DNA of 64,000 nt from an uncultured Anaerolineaceae bacterium. GTDB taxonomy: Bacteria > Chloroflexota > Anaerolineae > Anaerolineales > DRKV01. The DNA is taken from NCBI GenBank assembly GCA_964524425.1, contig CAZGDA010000001.1:834-64833 (forward strand), in the 5' to 3' direction. Position 1 is the stretch's first letter; each line of letters opens with the position of its first letter. A program made the translations under genes and the position numbers. Below, one piece after another: positions 29,367-38,894 of the stretch. The notes below the pieces were generated by a model that made no database searches, had not been told where the DNA came from, and was given only the letters and a program-made list of their open reading frames with translations.

Positions 29367-30152
29367 TTATCCGTTGGAGGTGGGAGTTTTATTGGGTTGC
29401 GGTGTACCGCTTTGCGGTGCAAATCTACCGCCTCTGTTGCCGCGCTGCTGCATCCGTTCGAGCATAAAATCGCCCTGTTCTTTGGTGATCAACCCCTTGC
29501 TGACAGCCTGGTTGATTGCCTTCGTCATTGCGTCGGTCATCTTGGTGCGGAAGTCGGCGATGCTCATGCCTTTATCGGCAGCGATATCCATCATGTTTTT
29601 GCCCTCTTTCAGGGCGGCTTCCAGGTCGGTTGTGCTCATTCCGAAGACGCCTGCCATGGCAGCGACCATCTCGTCGTGCAAGAACCCGTCACCGTTGCGC
29701 AAGCCTCCGCTGTTCATCCAGCTGCCTGTGCCGCCGCGCCGAAAGCTGCCGCCATTCTGGCTCATTTTCTGGCGCATCCAGTCCGCCTGCGTCTGGGTGA
29801 TGGCGCCGTCTGCCAGGGCTAAGTCAATAGCTTTGTTGCGCACTTCTTCCATCTTGGTGCTGAAATCTTCCGCTTTCCAGCCGGCTTTGATGGCGATGTC
29901 GTAAATACGCTCGCCGCTGTCCAGGCGTGCTTGCAATTCATCCTCTTTCATCCCCAGCGTTTCCGCCCAGGCTTTGGTCATGTACGTGCCGAGAGATCCG
30001 CCGCCTTTTCCCGCGGGACCCATCATGCCACCGCCTGGACCGCCAGGAGCAAATTCATCCCCGCCGCTGGCGTAGGTCGGATTAACTACGAACACTCCGG
30101 CGGTCAAGATGACCATACTTGTTACGGCTAAAATCAAAAGTGTTTTTTTCAT
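29367..30152 (-). CDS. Secreted/anchored helical-repeat protein, paralog 3
   Basis: MKKTLLILAVTSMVILTAGVFV signal; [18 protein letters not shown] identical to paralog 1; modules ending ..GAITQTQADWM and ..GLITKEQGDFML. Confidence 0.8.
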   Translation of the reverse strand: MKKTLLILAVTSMVILTAGVFVVNPTYASGGDEFAPGGPGGGMMGPAGKGGGSLGTYMTKAWAETLGMKEDELQARLDSGERIYDIAIKAGWKAEDFSTKMEEVRNKAIDLALADGAITQTQADWMRQKMSQNGGSFRRGGTGSWMNSGGLRNGDGFLHDEMVAAMAGVFGMSTTDLEAALKEGKNMMDIAADKGMSIADFRTKMTDAMTKAINQAVSKGLITKEQGDFMLERMQQRGNRGGRFAPQSGTPQPNKTPTSNG

Positions 30153-30345
30153 GTTTGTTTCTCCTTGTTGTTTTCCCTTTCTCTCTGCGACGGATGCGCC
30201 GAGAAAGAAGAAGGGAATATATTTATATTTAATTTAGCTATATCTTACTGTACAGCTATGAAGAAAGTATGAAGATTTGATTTGAGAATAATGAAGGAAT
30301 GAGTTAGAATAGAGGTGCCGATAGAATATGAAAAGAGGTAAAAAA

Positions 30346-31143
30346 ATGATGATGCGAAAGACTCGCCAGCCTGGCGCTGGTATTGAACTTAAAACTCCGC
30401 AAGAGATTGCTCTCATGCGTCAGGCAGGGCGCCTGGTGGCGGAAATTTTTGAGATGCTCAAGGATGCCATTCGTCCTGGGGTGAAATTAAGCGCTCTGGA
30501 CGGCATGGCGGAAGAATACATTCACCAAAAGGGAGGCACGCAAATCTATAAGGGATATCAGTTATACCCGGAACAGCGTCCTTTTCCGGGGGTGATAACC
30601 GCCTCGGTGAACGAACAAATCTGCCATGGCTTTCCAAATGGACGGGTATTGAAAGAGGGTGATATTGTGGGGATTGACCTCGGCTTAAGTTACCAGGGCT
30701 GGTGCAGCGATTCGTGCGTAACCTACGCGGTGGGAAAAATCTCTCCCCAGGCGCAGGAATTGCTTGATGTAGCGCGGGAAAGCCTAAACGTGGGCATTCA
30801 AGCCGCCCAACCTGGCAATCATCTATCCGACATCGGGGCTGCCATCCAGTTTTACGTAGAGCGGCGTGGATTCAGCGTGGTGCGCGATTGGGGCGGACAC
30901 GGACTGGGGCGCAGCCTGCACGAAGACCCCCACGTCCCACACGTAGGACCAGGCGGGCGGGGACCGCGCTTACGCCCTGGAATGACGCTGGCAATTGAAC
31001 CGATGGTCAACGCCGGAAAACCAGATTATAAGCTATTAAATGACCAATGGACTGTGGTAACGGCGGACGGTTCCCTCTCGGCACAATATGAGCATTCCAT
31101 TGCCATCACCGAAGCGGGACCGGTCATCCTCTCCACGTTATAG
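30346..31143 (+). CDS. map: Methionine aminopeptidase, type I
   Basis: IELKTPQEIALMRQAG start region; metal ligands in the DIVGIDLG..., HGLG... and AIEPM... pattern; ATG 30346 preferred (AGAGG SD), ATG 30328 possible. Confidence 0.85.
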   Translation: MMMRKTRQPGAGIELKTPQEIALMRQAGRLVAEIFEMLKDAIRPGVKLSALDGMAEEYIHQKGGTQIYKGYQLYPEQRPFPGVITASVNEQICHGFPNGRVLKEGDIVGIDLGLSYQGWCSDSCVTYAVGKISPQAQELLDVARESLNVGIQAAQPGNHLSDIGAAIQFYVERRGFSVVRDWGGHGLGRSLHEDPHVPHVGPGGRGPRLRPGMTLAIEPMVNAGKPDYKLLNDQWTVVTADGSLSAQYEHSIAITEAGPVILSTL

Positions 31144-31145
31144 AT

Positions 31146-32309
31146 CTATTGGATGCCTTCCATTGTCTCGTTGGCGAGGTGTTCAACCACGTTCTTGAGG
31201 GCGACGTTGGGTGGCGCACCTTGCTCTAGAGATTTGCGGTATACCTGTAACTGACGGTCTGCGCTGGTGCCGTTTTCCAGAATGGTGAGCAGATAATTGA
31301 TTTCCTGGCGCGTGCCCAGTTCATCTACCACATCGTCCAGCATTTCAATGATTTCGACAGCCAGATCGCGCATAGGCACTTCGCTGGCGTTGCCGTAGTT
31401 GATCAACCTTCCATCAATGCCGTAGCGCATGGCGCGCCATTTGTTTTCCATAAAGTATGCCTGGCGGTAGCTGCGCCAGCTCATGTTTTGATTGCGTAGC
31501 TGGATGAGTTTCGCCGCCAGGGCTTGCATCAACGCGGCGATACAAACCGCCTCATCCAGGCGGGTGGGGATGTCGGCGATGCGTACTTCCAGCGTGTTGA
31601 ACTTCGGACTGGGGCGGATGTCCCACCAGATTTTTGACGGATCTGGCTGCCCGGTGGTTGCATCGCGGATCGCGCCTACTTTGCCTAACATCTCCACGTA
31701 TTCCCAATATTCGGTATAAGAGTTGAACGCTTCTGGAATGCCTGTGCGCGGCAAAGGCTCAAAGATTACCGATCGGTATGACTTAAGCCCGGTGTCGTTG
31801 CCCATCCAAAAAGGTGAGCTGGTGGAAAAGGCAAGAATGTGAGGCAGAAAATAACGATATTGGTTCATTATGTCCATCATCAGTTCTTTCTGGTCACTTC
31901 CGAAGCCAATGTGCACGTGAAAGCCGAAGATGAGGAACTGGGCAATCACGCCGCGCAGCTCGTCTAAGATGACGCGATAGCGCGGATTATCCGAAATATC
32001 TTGTTCCTGCCAGGAAGCGAAAGGATGTGTGCTGGCAGCAATTATTCTCGCGTCCTGTTTTTCTGCCAATATGCCGGCAATTTTCCGCAGGCGTATCACT
32101 TCCTGGCGGACTTCCTGAATGTTTTGACACACGTTGGAATTGCTTTCGATTTGGCTTTGCATGAACTCGGGTTTGATATTCGCGTCCGGGAAGGCTTCTT
32201 TACAATGTTTGAGCATTTGGGCGGAGCGGGAGCACAGATTCAACGTCTGTGCGTCCACAATTTGATATTCTTCTTCAATACCTAGGGTGAGCGGCGTATT
32301 TTGATACAT
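31146..32309 (-). CDS. Carboxylate-amine ligase, GCS2 / YbdK family
   Basis: 387 aa; LGIEEEYQIVD start and FGFHVHIG motif typical of glutamate-cysteine ligase family 2. Confidence 0.8.
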   Translation of the reverse strand: MYQNTPLTLGIEEEYQIVDAQTLNLCSRSAQMLKHCKEAFPDANIKPEFMQSQIESNSNVCQNIQEVRQEVIRLRKIAGILAEKQDARIIAASTHPFASWQEQDISDNPRYRVILDELRGVIAQFLIFGFHVHIGFGSDQKELMMDIMNQYRYFLPHILAFSTSSPFWMGNDTGLKSYRSVIFEPLPRTGIPEAFNSYTEYWEYVEMLGKVGAIRDATTGQPDPSKIWWDIRPSPKFNTLEVRIADIPTRLDEAVCIAALMQALAAKLIQLRNQNMSWRSYRQAYFMENKWRAMRYGIDGRLINYGNASEVPMRDLAVEIIEMLDDVVDELGTRQEINYLLTILENGTSADRQLQVYRKSLEQGAPPNVALKNVVEHLANETMEGIQ

Positions 32310-32372
32310 AATAAATAATCTCTCCTGCGTGCCGGAAAATTGTGGACTTGATTATACCAGATGTTACGCATC

Positions 32373-34043
32373 TTATCGCTTCAGATTACGATATTTAATA
32401 CGATGCGGCGTATCGGCTGCTTCTCCCAGGCGGGCGCGGCGATCGGATTCGTAATCCGAGTAATTGCCAACAAACCAGCGCAACTGGCTTTCATCTTCAA
32501 ATGCAAGGATGTGGGTAGCCACGCGGTCTAAAAACCAGCGATCGTGGCTGAGGACGAGCGCGCAGCCGGCAATTTCTTCCCAGGCGTTTTCCAGGGCTCG
32601 CAGGGTGTTCACGTCCAGGTCGTGCGTGGGTTCGTCCAGCAAGATGACGTTGGCGCCTTCGGTGAGAGTCTTGGCGAGGTGAACACGGTTGCGCTCTCCA
32701 CCGGAGAGTTCGCTTACCTTTTTTTGCTGGTCGCCGCCCAGAAAGTTGAAACTGGCGACGTAAGCGCGCGAATTCATCTGGCGGCTGCCCAGCACGAGGG
32801 TATCTTTACCGCCGGAGATCTCTTCCCAGACTGTTTTGGCGCCGTCCAGGGTGCGGTTTTGGTCGGCGTAAGCCAATTTCACCGTTTCACCAATCTTGAT
32901 GCTGCCGGAATCCGGTTTTTCCTGGGCGGTCATCATGCGCAGCAGGGTCGTTTTACCGGCGCCGTTGGCGCCGATGATGCCGATGATGCTGCCGGGCGGG
33001 ATTTTCAGGCTGAAATTGTCCAGGAGGATGCGCTCGCCGAATGTTTTGGTAACGTTCTCCGCGTCAATGACGACGTCTCCCAGGCGGGGACCAGGCGGAA
33101 TGTAAATTTCCAGTTCTTCACGGCGTTGCTCGAATTCCTGACTGAGCAGGTCGTTATAGGCGCTGATACGCGCTTTGCCTTTTGCCTGGCGCGCCTTGGG
33201 GGACATGTGGATCCACTCCAGTTCCCGGGTTAAGGTGCGCTGGCGTTTGCTTTCCGCCTTCTCTTCGCGCGCCAAACGCTCGCGTTTTTGTTCCAGCCAG
33301 GAGGAGTAATTCCCTTTCCAGGGAATGCCGTGCCCGCGGTCCAGTTCCAGGATCCACTCCGCCACGTTATCCAGAAAATAGCGGTCGTGGGTTACGGCAA
33401 TGACGGTGCCCTTGTATTGCTGCAAGTGGCGTTCCAGCCAGGCGACCGACTCGGCATCGAGGTGGTTGGTGGGTTCGTCTAATAGGAGGATGTCCGGCTC
33501 GGTGAGCAGCAAGCGGGTGAGGGCTACCCGACGGCGCTCACCGCCCGAGAGCACGGATACGAGTGTATCCCCCGCCGGGCAGCGCAGGGCGTCCATGGCT
33601 AGTTCTAGACGGTTGTCCAAAGTCCAGGCGTCCGTCTTGTCTAATTGTTCTTGGACGCGTGCCTGCTCTGCGATCAGGGCGTCGAAATCGGCGTCCGGGT
33701 CGGCAAATTTGGCGTTGATTTCGTCAAAGCGGTTGAGCATGTCCACGATGGGTTGAACGGCTTCTTGCACAACTTGCTTGACTGTTTTATTAGCGTCCAG
33801 TTGCGGCTCCTGTTCCAACATGCCAACGGAATATCCCTTGGAAAGCATGACTTCGCCAACGTAGTCCTTATCAATGCCTGCCATAATGCGCAGCAAGCTG
33901 CTCTTGCCAGAACCGTTCAAGCCTACAACGCCAATTTTTGCTCCGTAGAAAAAGCCCAGCGAGATATCGCGCAGCACTTGTTGGTTGGGAGGGTAAATTT
34001 TCCCCACCCGCACCATTGAGTAAATCACCTGTTGGTCGCTCAT
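32373..34043 (-). CDS. ettA: ABC-F translational throttle ATPase EttA
   Basis: 556 aa; two ABC cassettes (GLNGSGKSS/LSGGERRRVAL; GANGAGKTT/LSGGERNRVHL); EttA-type N-terminus MSDQQVIYSMVRVGKIYPP. Confidence 0.85.
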   Translation of the reverse strand: MSDQQVIYSMVRVGKIYPPNQQVLRDISLGFFYGAKIGVVGLNGSGKSSLLRIMAGIDKDYVGEVMLSKGYSVGMLEQEPQLDANKTVKQVVQEAVQPIVDMLNRFDEINAKFADPDADFDALIAEQARVQEQLDKTDAWTLDNRLELAMDALRCPAGDTLVSVLSGGERRRVALTRLLLTEPDILLLDEPTNHLDAESVAWLERHLQQYKGTVIAVTHDRYFLDNVAEWILELDRGHGIPWKGNYSSWLEQKRERLAREEKAESKRQRTLTRELEWIHMSPKARQAKGKARISAYNDLLSQEFEQRREELEIYIPPGPRLGDVVIDAENVTKTFGERILLDNFSLKIPPGSIIGIIGANGAGKTTLLRMMTAQEKPDSGSIKIGETVKLAYADQNRTLDGAKTVWEEISGGKDTLVLGSRQMNSRAYVASFNFLGGDQQKKVSELSGGERNRVHLAKTLTEGANVILLDEPTHDLDVNTLRALENAWEEIAGCALVLSHDRWFLDRVATHILAFEDESQLRWFVGNYSDYESDRRARLGEAADTPHRIKYRNLKR

Positions 34044-34118
34044 TTTATGCCCTCCTTGATCGTGTCTGTGGCGTTTCGTTCGTCAAATTAATAATTATAT
34101 CCCATCTCACTGCCTGTG

Positions 34119-34127
34119 TGGTACAAT
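34119..34127 (+). promoter_or_regulatory. Extended -10 element
   Basis: TGgTACAAT about 32 nt upstream of ATG 34159, with a GGAGGA SD in between. Confidence 0.4.
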
Positions 34128-34158
34128 TTTAAAGAATTTTAGGAAGAGGAGGAAACCA

Positions 34159-34845
34159 ATGGAAGTACAAATTCTATATCGTCCGGCGTTCTCTATGGCG
34201 GTGTTATCACTGGGACCCAGTGAGATCGTGCAGGTGGAAGGCGGCTCGATGGTGAGCATGTCTTCGGGGATGACCTTGGAGACGAAAGCGGCTGGCGGCA
34301 TATTAAAATCGCTGACGCGCTCTCTGCTGGGTGGAGAGAGCTTCTTCTTGAACAATTTCAAGGCGCCGCTTAACGGCGGACAGGTGATGGTCGCCCCGCC
34401 TTTGCCCGGCGACCTCTCTGTGCTCAGCCTGCAAAACGAGAAAATCATGTTGCAGTCCGGAGGTTACGTAGCCTCCGAGATGGGAATTAACGTGGAGACG
34501 AAATGGGGCGGGGCGAAGACTTTCTTCGCTTCGGAAGGGTTGATCATGCTGCATTGCAGCGGCACGGGGAAAGTTTTGTTTTCCTCCTACGGCGCCATTC
34601 ACGAGATGAACCTGGGACCCGGGCAAACCATCACAATTGACACGGGGCACCTAGTAGCTTTCTCGGAAGGGGTAGGCTTTAAAGTACGCACGATTGGAGG
34701 AATTAAATCAACTTTGTTCAGTGGGGAGGGATTGGTTGTGGATTTGACCGGGCCCGGCAGAGTGTTAATGCAGACGCGCTCGATGGATGCTTTCCTTTCC
34801 TGGCTTATCCCCAAGATACCCCGTTCCGACGGGCACAACAGTTAG
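34159..34845 (+). CDS. AIM24 / TIGR00266 (DUF124) family protein
   Basis: 228 aa; MEVQILYRPAFSMAVLSLGPSEIVQVEGGSMVSMS... matches the family N-terminus as I recall it. Confidence 0.7.
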   Translation: MEVQILYRPAFSMAVLSLGPSEIVQVEGGSMVSMSSGMTLETKAAGGILKSLTRSLLGGESFFLNNFKAPLNGGQVMVAPPLPGDLSVLSLQNEKIMLQSGGYVASEMGINVETKWGGAKTFFASEGLIMLHCSGTGKVLFSSYGAIHEMNLGPGQTITIDTGHLVAFSEGVGFKVRTIGGIKSTLFSGEGLVVDLTGPGRVLMQTRSMDAFLSWLIPKIPRSDGHNS

Positions 34846-34885
34846 CGCAGAAGCGCATCTGATATTCGGCAAAAAGCAAAGTCGA

Positions 34886-34946
34886 GGCTTGCGCAGGGTC
34901 ATCCTGGCGCTGCGTAAGCCTGTGAAAATTGTATTTTATTTTTTAA
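34886..34946 (+). terminator. Possible intrinsic terminator
   Basis: GGCTTGCGCAG / CTGCGTAAGCC stem (one G-U pair) with the T-run (TTTTATTTTTT) only about 12 nt further on, so weak. Confidence 0.3.
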
Positions 34947-35008
34947 AAAGGAGTTGACCCGGCACGACGATAGATCGTATTGATATCGGTAAAGTGCACA
35001 GGGAAAAC

Positions 35009-35722
35009 ATGATTAGTTGTATGAAACGTATCTCTGCTATTGTCTTTTTTATTATTACCGCGGTGCTGTTATTCGGTGCGGGTTGTTCCATTGCTATTCG
35101 GCGCGGTACTGTTATGCCATTGTTTGACCAGGCGAGCGGAAAATGGGGCTACATAAATACCAGAAACGAGTGGGAGATTCCTGCGCAATACGAACATGCA
35201 CACGAGTTCACGGAAGGCTTGGCGGGAGTTAAGTCATCTGGCAAATGGGGGTTTATTGATGAGAAAGGGAAATTTGTCATTCAACCGCAGTTTGAAGTAG
35301 CTTACGTGTTTTCGGAAGGGCTGGCGGCGGTGCGCAGCGGCAGCAAATGGGGCTTTATTGATAAAACTGGCAAGTACGTCATTCAGCCGCAGTTTGAACA
35401 CGCCACTGATTTCGCGGAAGGGTTGGTAATGGTGCAAGAGCGCGACTTGCAGGTCTTCCTGGATAAAAACGGACAGCCAGCTTTCAGCGAACGATATGAG
35501 GACGCCCAGCCGTTTTCGGATGGACTGGCAGCCGTGCGCGTGCGCACGAATAAATTTTACTGGGGGTACATTGATAAAACTGGAACGATGGTTATTCTTC
35601 CCAGATTTGACAAAGCCGGTGATTTCAAACAGGGTTTCGCCGAAGTAATTCTGGACGGGGAGAAAATCACCATTGATAAAACAGGCAAAACGATACAGGC
35701 AACTCCTGTTGAGAAAGAATGA
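35009..35722 (+). CDS. WG-repeat (KWG) lipoprotein
   Basis: Lipobox LFGAGC; repeated GKWGYIN / GKWGFIDEKGKFVIQPQFE units; start ambiguous (GTG 34994, ATG 35009 or ATG 35021). Confidence 0.7.
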   Translation: MISCMKRISAIVFFIITAVLLFGAGCSIAIRRGTVMPLFDQASGKWGYINTRNEWEIPAQYEHAHEFTEGLAGVKSSGKWGFIDEKGKFVIQPQFEVAYVFSEGLAAVRSGSKWGFIDKTGKYVIQPQFEHATDFAEGLVMVQERDLQVFLDKNGQPAFSERYEDAQPFSDGLAAVRVRTNKFYWGYIDKTGTMVILPRFDKAGDFKQGFAEVILDGEKITIDKTGKTIQATPVEKE

Positions 35723-36969
35723 AAGCAGTCCGTGGATTGATATTAATAAGTTTGCTTGCGGCAGGCTGCGCGCCATCGGCGCGCCAAATCAAAGCGACCG
35801 TGCAGGCAGGGATTGCGCAAACCCAAATGGCTGCCTTGTCCGCTGCGCCAACGGCAGCGCTACCATTGCCGCCGCCTGAACATCTGCCCACTGTTGTTGC
35901 TCCTCCTACACAAGCATCCCCGCTTAGTTTTGGCAGCAGCGAACGTCTGTTGCTGGAAACTGTGCAATGTCTTCCCACCGGGCAGACGGATTGCCTGCGT
36001 CTGGCGGAAGGGATATACAGCGCATCTTGGAAGGGGGAAGGTCTGCAAAAGCTGATTGACAAGGCGCGCTTGTTAAGCCTCTCGAAAAATGGGAAACAGG
36101 CATTGGTGGCGCGACGCGGCGCCGATGGCGCTGTTGGCGCTACTGAGGAGCTGCTGTTGTTGAATTTATCCGATTCCAGCCAGACGCAAATCAGCCCGGT
36201 TTTTGCAAGCGATTTCACCTGCGACGCGGCGCATTGTGGCGCGCTATGGTCTGCGGATGGGAGTAAAATATTATTTGTCGCGAATGTGAAAGACATTAGC
36301 AGTAACAGAATAGAAAAACACGTCTTTCAAGCCGCAGCGGACGGGACGCAGCCCATTCAAGTAACCAAATCGGGTACGGGCGTTTCGGCGTTGTTCCTGT
36401 ATTTTAATACGGATAGCGAGCGTGTGGTTTGGCAGCAGGATAACGGCGGCGTCTCCGGTGGGGTGGTTTCAACGCGTCTGGACGGCACGCAACAAACAGA
36501 ATTAGCGGGTATGATCAACCCTGCCTTCTCACCCGGCGGTGGGATGAGCGCCTATCTGAAACAAACGAACCCGCTCGGCTATCAAACGGCGTTTTTCGTG
36601 GCAGGGGTGGATGCAAGCAACGAAATCCAGTTATACACCCCGCAAACCTCCGAATTTGTGCACAACGCCATCTGGGCTACGGATGGAAATCGGTTGGTCG
36701 TCGACGTGAGCCGTTGTGTGCCGGAATGCAGTAGTAAGCATTACCTGTGGCAGGTTGCCGCGCCAAGCCTGGTGGAGCTGCCCGCGCAGGTGGGGTACGC
36801 GGCGCGACCTCCGGTTTGGTCACCGGATAACCGTTACGTGCTGTACGTTAGCACGCAGCCGCGCGGCTTATGGGCTGTGGACGTGCAAAGCGCGCAGGCA
36901 CAGCCATTTTTGGATGCGCTGACCCTGCCAGAAGGGACGGAAGTAGAAAGGGTGCTGGTTGTTCCGTGA
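35719..36969 (+). CDS. Lipoprotein with PD40/TolB-like beta-propeller repeats
   Basis: Lipobox LLAAGC; repeated WSADGSKILFV, FSPGGGMSAYL, WATDGNRLVV, WSPDNRYVLYVS; ATGA overlap with the upstream gene. Confidence 0.6.
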   Translation: MKAVRGLILISLLAAGCAPSARQIKATVQAGIAQTQMAALSAAPTAALPLPPPEHLPTVVAPPTQASPLSFGSSERLLLETVQCLPTGQTDCLRLAEGIYSASWKGEGLQKLIDKARLLSLSKNGKQALVARRGADGAVGATEELLLLNLSDSSQTQISPVFASDFTCDAAHCGALWSADGSKILFVANVKDISSNRIEKHVFQAAADGTQPIQVTKSGTGVSALFLYFNTDSERVVWQQDNGGVSGGVVSTRLDGTQQTELAGMINPAFSPGGGMSAYLKQTNPLGYQTAFFVAGVDASNEIQLYTPQTSEFVHNAIWATDGNRLVVDVSRCVPECSSKHYLWQVAAPSLVELPAQVGYAARPPVWSPDNRYVLYVSTQPRGLWAVDVQSAQAQPFLDALTLPEGTEVERVLVVP

Positions 36970-36972
36970 GTT

Positions 36973-36981
36973 TGGTATAAT
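36973..36981 (+). promoter_or_regulatory. Extended -10 element only 6 nt upstream of the obg ATG
   Basis: TGgTATAAT at 36973-36981; ATG at 36988. Confidence 0.35.
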
Positions 36982-36987
36982 AGAGAG

Positions 36988-38265
36988 ATGTTTATAGATC
37001 AGGCTTTTATTTACGTGAAATCGGGCAAGGGCGGCGACGGGGTCGTTCATTTTCGACGCGAGAAGTACGTGCCGCGCGGCGGACCGGACGGCGGCGACGG
37101 CGGGCGCGGCGCAGACGTTATCCTCGAGGTAAAGCCGACCTTGAATACCCTGGCTTCCTTTCAATTCAACAAGGAATTTCGAGCGCAGGACGGCGGGCGT
37201 GGCGGCGGGAGTAACAAGACCGGTCGCTCTGCGGATGCGCTGGTGATCTACGTGCCGCCAGGCACGATCATCTACGACGCGGATACGGAAAATTTGCTGG
37301 GAGACCTGGTGGATGCCGGGCAGCAATTGACCGTAGCCGAGGGCGGGCGCGGTGGACGCGGTAACGCCCGCTTTGCCAACTCGCGCAACCAGGCGCCGCG
37401 CGTGGCAGAAAAAGGGGAACCGGCGCAGGAACGCCGGCTGCGCCTGGATTTGAAACTCATCGCCGATGTAGGTATCGTCGGTGTGCCCAACGCAGGTAAA
37501 TCCACTTTCCTCGCCAAGGTAACCCGAGCCACCCCAAAAATTGGCGCGTATCCTTTCACCACGTTAACGCCCAACCTGGGCGTGGCGGAACTGGACGAGG
37601 AACACAGCCTCGTTTTAGCAGATATCCCCGGCTTAATTGAAGGGGCGCACAAGGGGATTGGACTGGGGCACGACTTCTTGCGCCACGTTCAACGCACGCG
37701 GGTGTTGATCCATTTGCTGGACGGTCTGGCGCAAGACCCGTTATTGGATTTCGCCCAGATCAACAGCGAACTTGCGCTCTTTGACCCGACGCTGGCGCAA
37801 AAACCGCAGGTCGTAGCTTTGAACAAGATAGATATGCCCGAGGCGCAGGCGCGTTGGAAAACCTTGCAAGCTGAATTAAAACGACGCGGGTATGCGGCTT
37901 ACGCCATTTCCGCCTTGGCGGGCACGGAAGTGCGCGCCGTGCTATATAAGGCGGCGCAATTGTTAGCGGAAACGCCGCTTCCCTCCACCCCTGCCGCAGT
38001 GGCGGGAGAGGAGGAGTTGCCCGTGTATCGCTTTGAAGGAGACGCGCGCGATTTCACCATCACACGCTCGGCGGAAGGGTGGCGGGTTTCTGGCAAAGCT
38101 ATCGAGCGCGCCGCAGCGATGACGTATTGGGAATACGACCAGTCTGTGCGCCGCTTCCAGCGCATTTTGGATACGCTGGGGATTGACGCGGCTTTACGCG
38201 AGCGCGGCGTACAGGAAGGAGACAGCGTGTTTATCGGCGATTACGAACTGGAATGGCAGAACTGA
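36988..38265 (+). CDS. obg: GTPase Obg/CgtA
   Basis: MFIDQAFIYVKSGKGGDG Obg fold start; GVPNAGKST P-loop; DIPGLIEGA; NKID. Confidence 0.9.
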   Translation: MFIDQAFIYVKSGKGGDGVVHFRREKYVPRGGPDGGDGGRGADVILEVKPTLNTLASFQFNKEFRAQDGGRGGGSNKTGRSADALVIYVPPGTIIYDADTENLLGDLVDAGQQLTVAEGGRGGRGNARFANSRNQAPRVAEKGEPAQERRLRLDLKLIADVGIVGVPNAGKSTFLAKVTRATPKIGAYPFTTLTPNLGVAELDEEHSLVLADIPGLIEGAHKGIGLGHDFLRHVQRTRVLIHLLDGLAQDPLLDFAQINSELALFDPTLAQKPQVVALNKIDMPEAQARWKTLQAELKRRGYAAYAISALAGTEVRAVLYKAAQLLAETPLPSTPAAVAGEEELPVYRFEGDARDFTITRSAEGWRVSGKAIERAAAMTYWEYDQSVRRFQRILDTLGIDAALRERGVQEGDSVFIGDYELEWQN

Positions 38266-38268
38266 GCC

Positions 38269-38865
38269 ATGCGATTAGGAGTCTTTGGCGGCACGTTTGA
38301 CCCTCCTCACGTAGGGCACCTCATTCTGGCTGCGGAGGCTGATCACACCCTGGCATTGGACCAGGTGCTGTGGGTGATTACCCCGGACCCGCCGCATAAA
38401 AAGGGACAGAAGATCACCCCTTTACAGCATCGTCTGGAGATGCTGGAATCTGCCATTGCGGCTGATCCGCATTTTTCCTTATCCCGCATCGAGATGGAAC
38501 GCCCCGGACCGCACTACGTGGTGGATACGATGCGTTTGCTGCGTGAGCGGTATCCAACTGCGGAGCTGATTTATTTAATGGGTGGAGATTCTCTCTTCGA
38601 CCTGCCCACCTGGAACCGTCCACGCTTGTTCCTGTCTTTGTGTAATGCGCTGGGGGTGATGCGCCGCCCAGACGACGCCCTGGATTTACCCGCCCTGGAA
38701 AAAATTCTGCCGGGGGTAAGCGCAAAAGTACGCTTTATTGAAGCGCCGCTGCTACAAATTGCCTCGCACGAGATTCGCCAGCGCGTGCAAGAACGGCGCG
38801 CATTCCGCTACTATCTGCCGGATGCGGTGTATCAGATCGTTCAGGAGCGGCAGCTCTACCGCTAA
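38269..38865 (+). CDS. nadD: Nicotinate-nucleotide adenylyltransferase
   Basis: GVFGGTFDPPHVGH motif; conserved obg-nadD adjacency. Confidence 0.85.
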   Translation: MRLGVFGGTFDPPHVGHLILAAEADHTLALDQVLWVITPDPPHKKGQKITPLQHRLEMLESAIAADPHFSLSRIEMERPGPHYVVDTMRLLRERYPTAELIYLMGGDSLFDLPTWNRPRLFLSLCNALGVMRRPDDALDLPALEKILPGVSAKVRFIEAPLLQIASHEIRQRVQERRAFRYYLPDAVYQIVQERQLYR

Positions 38866-38894
38866 GGGGATGGCTGCAATCTGGTTGGCGGCGG

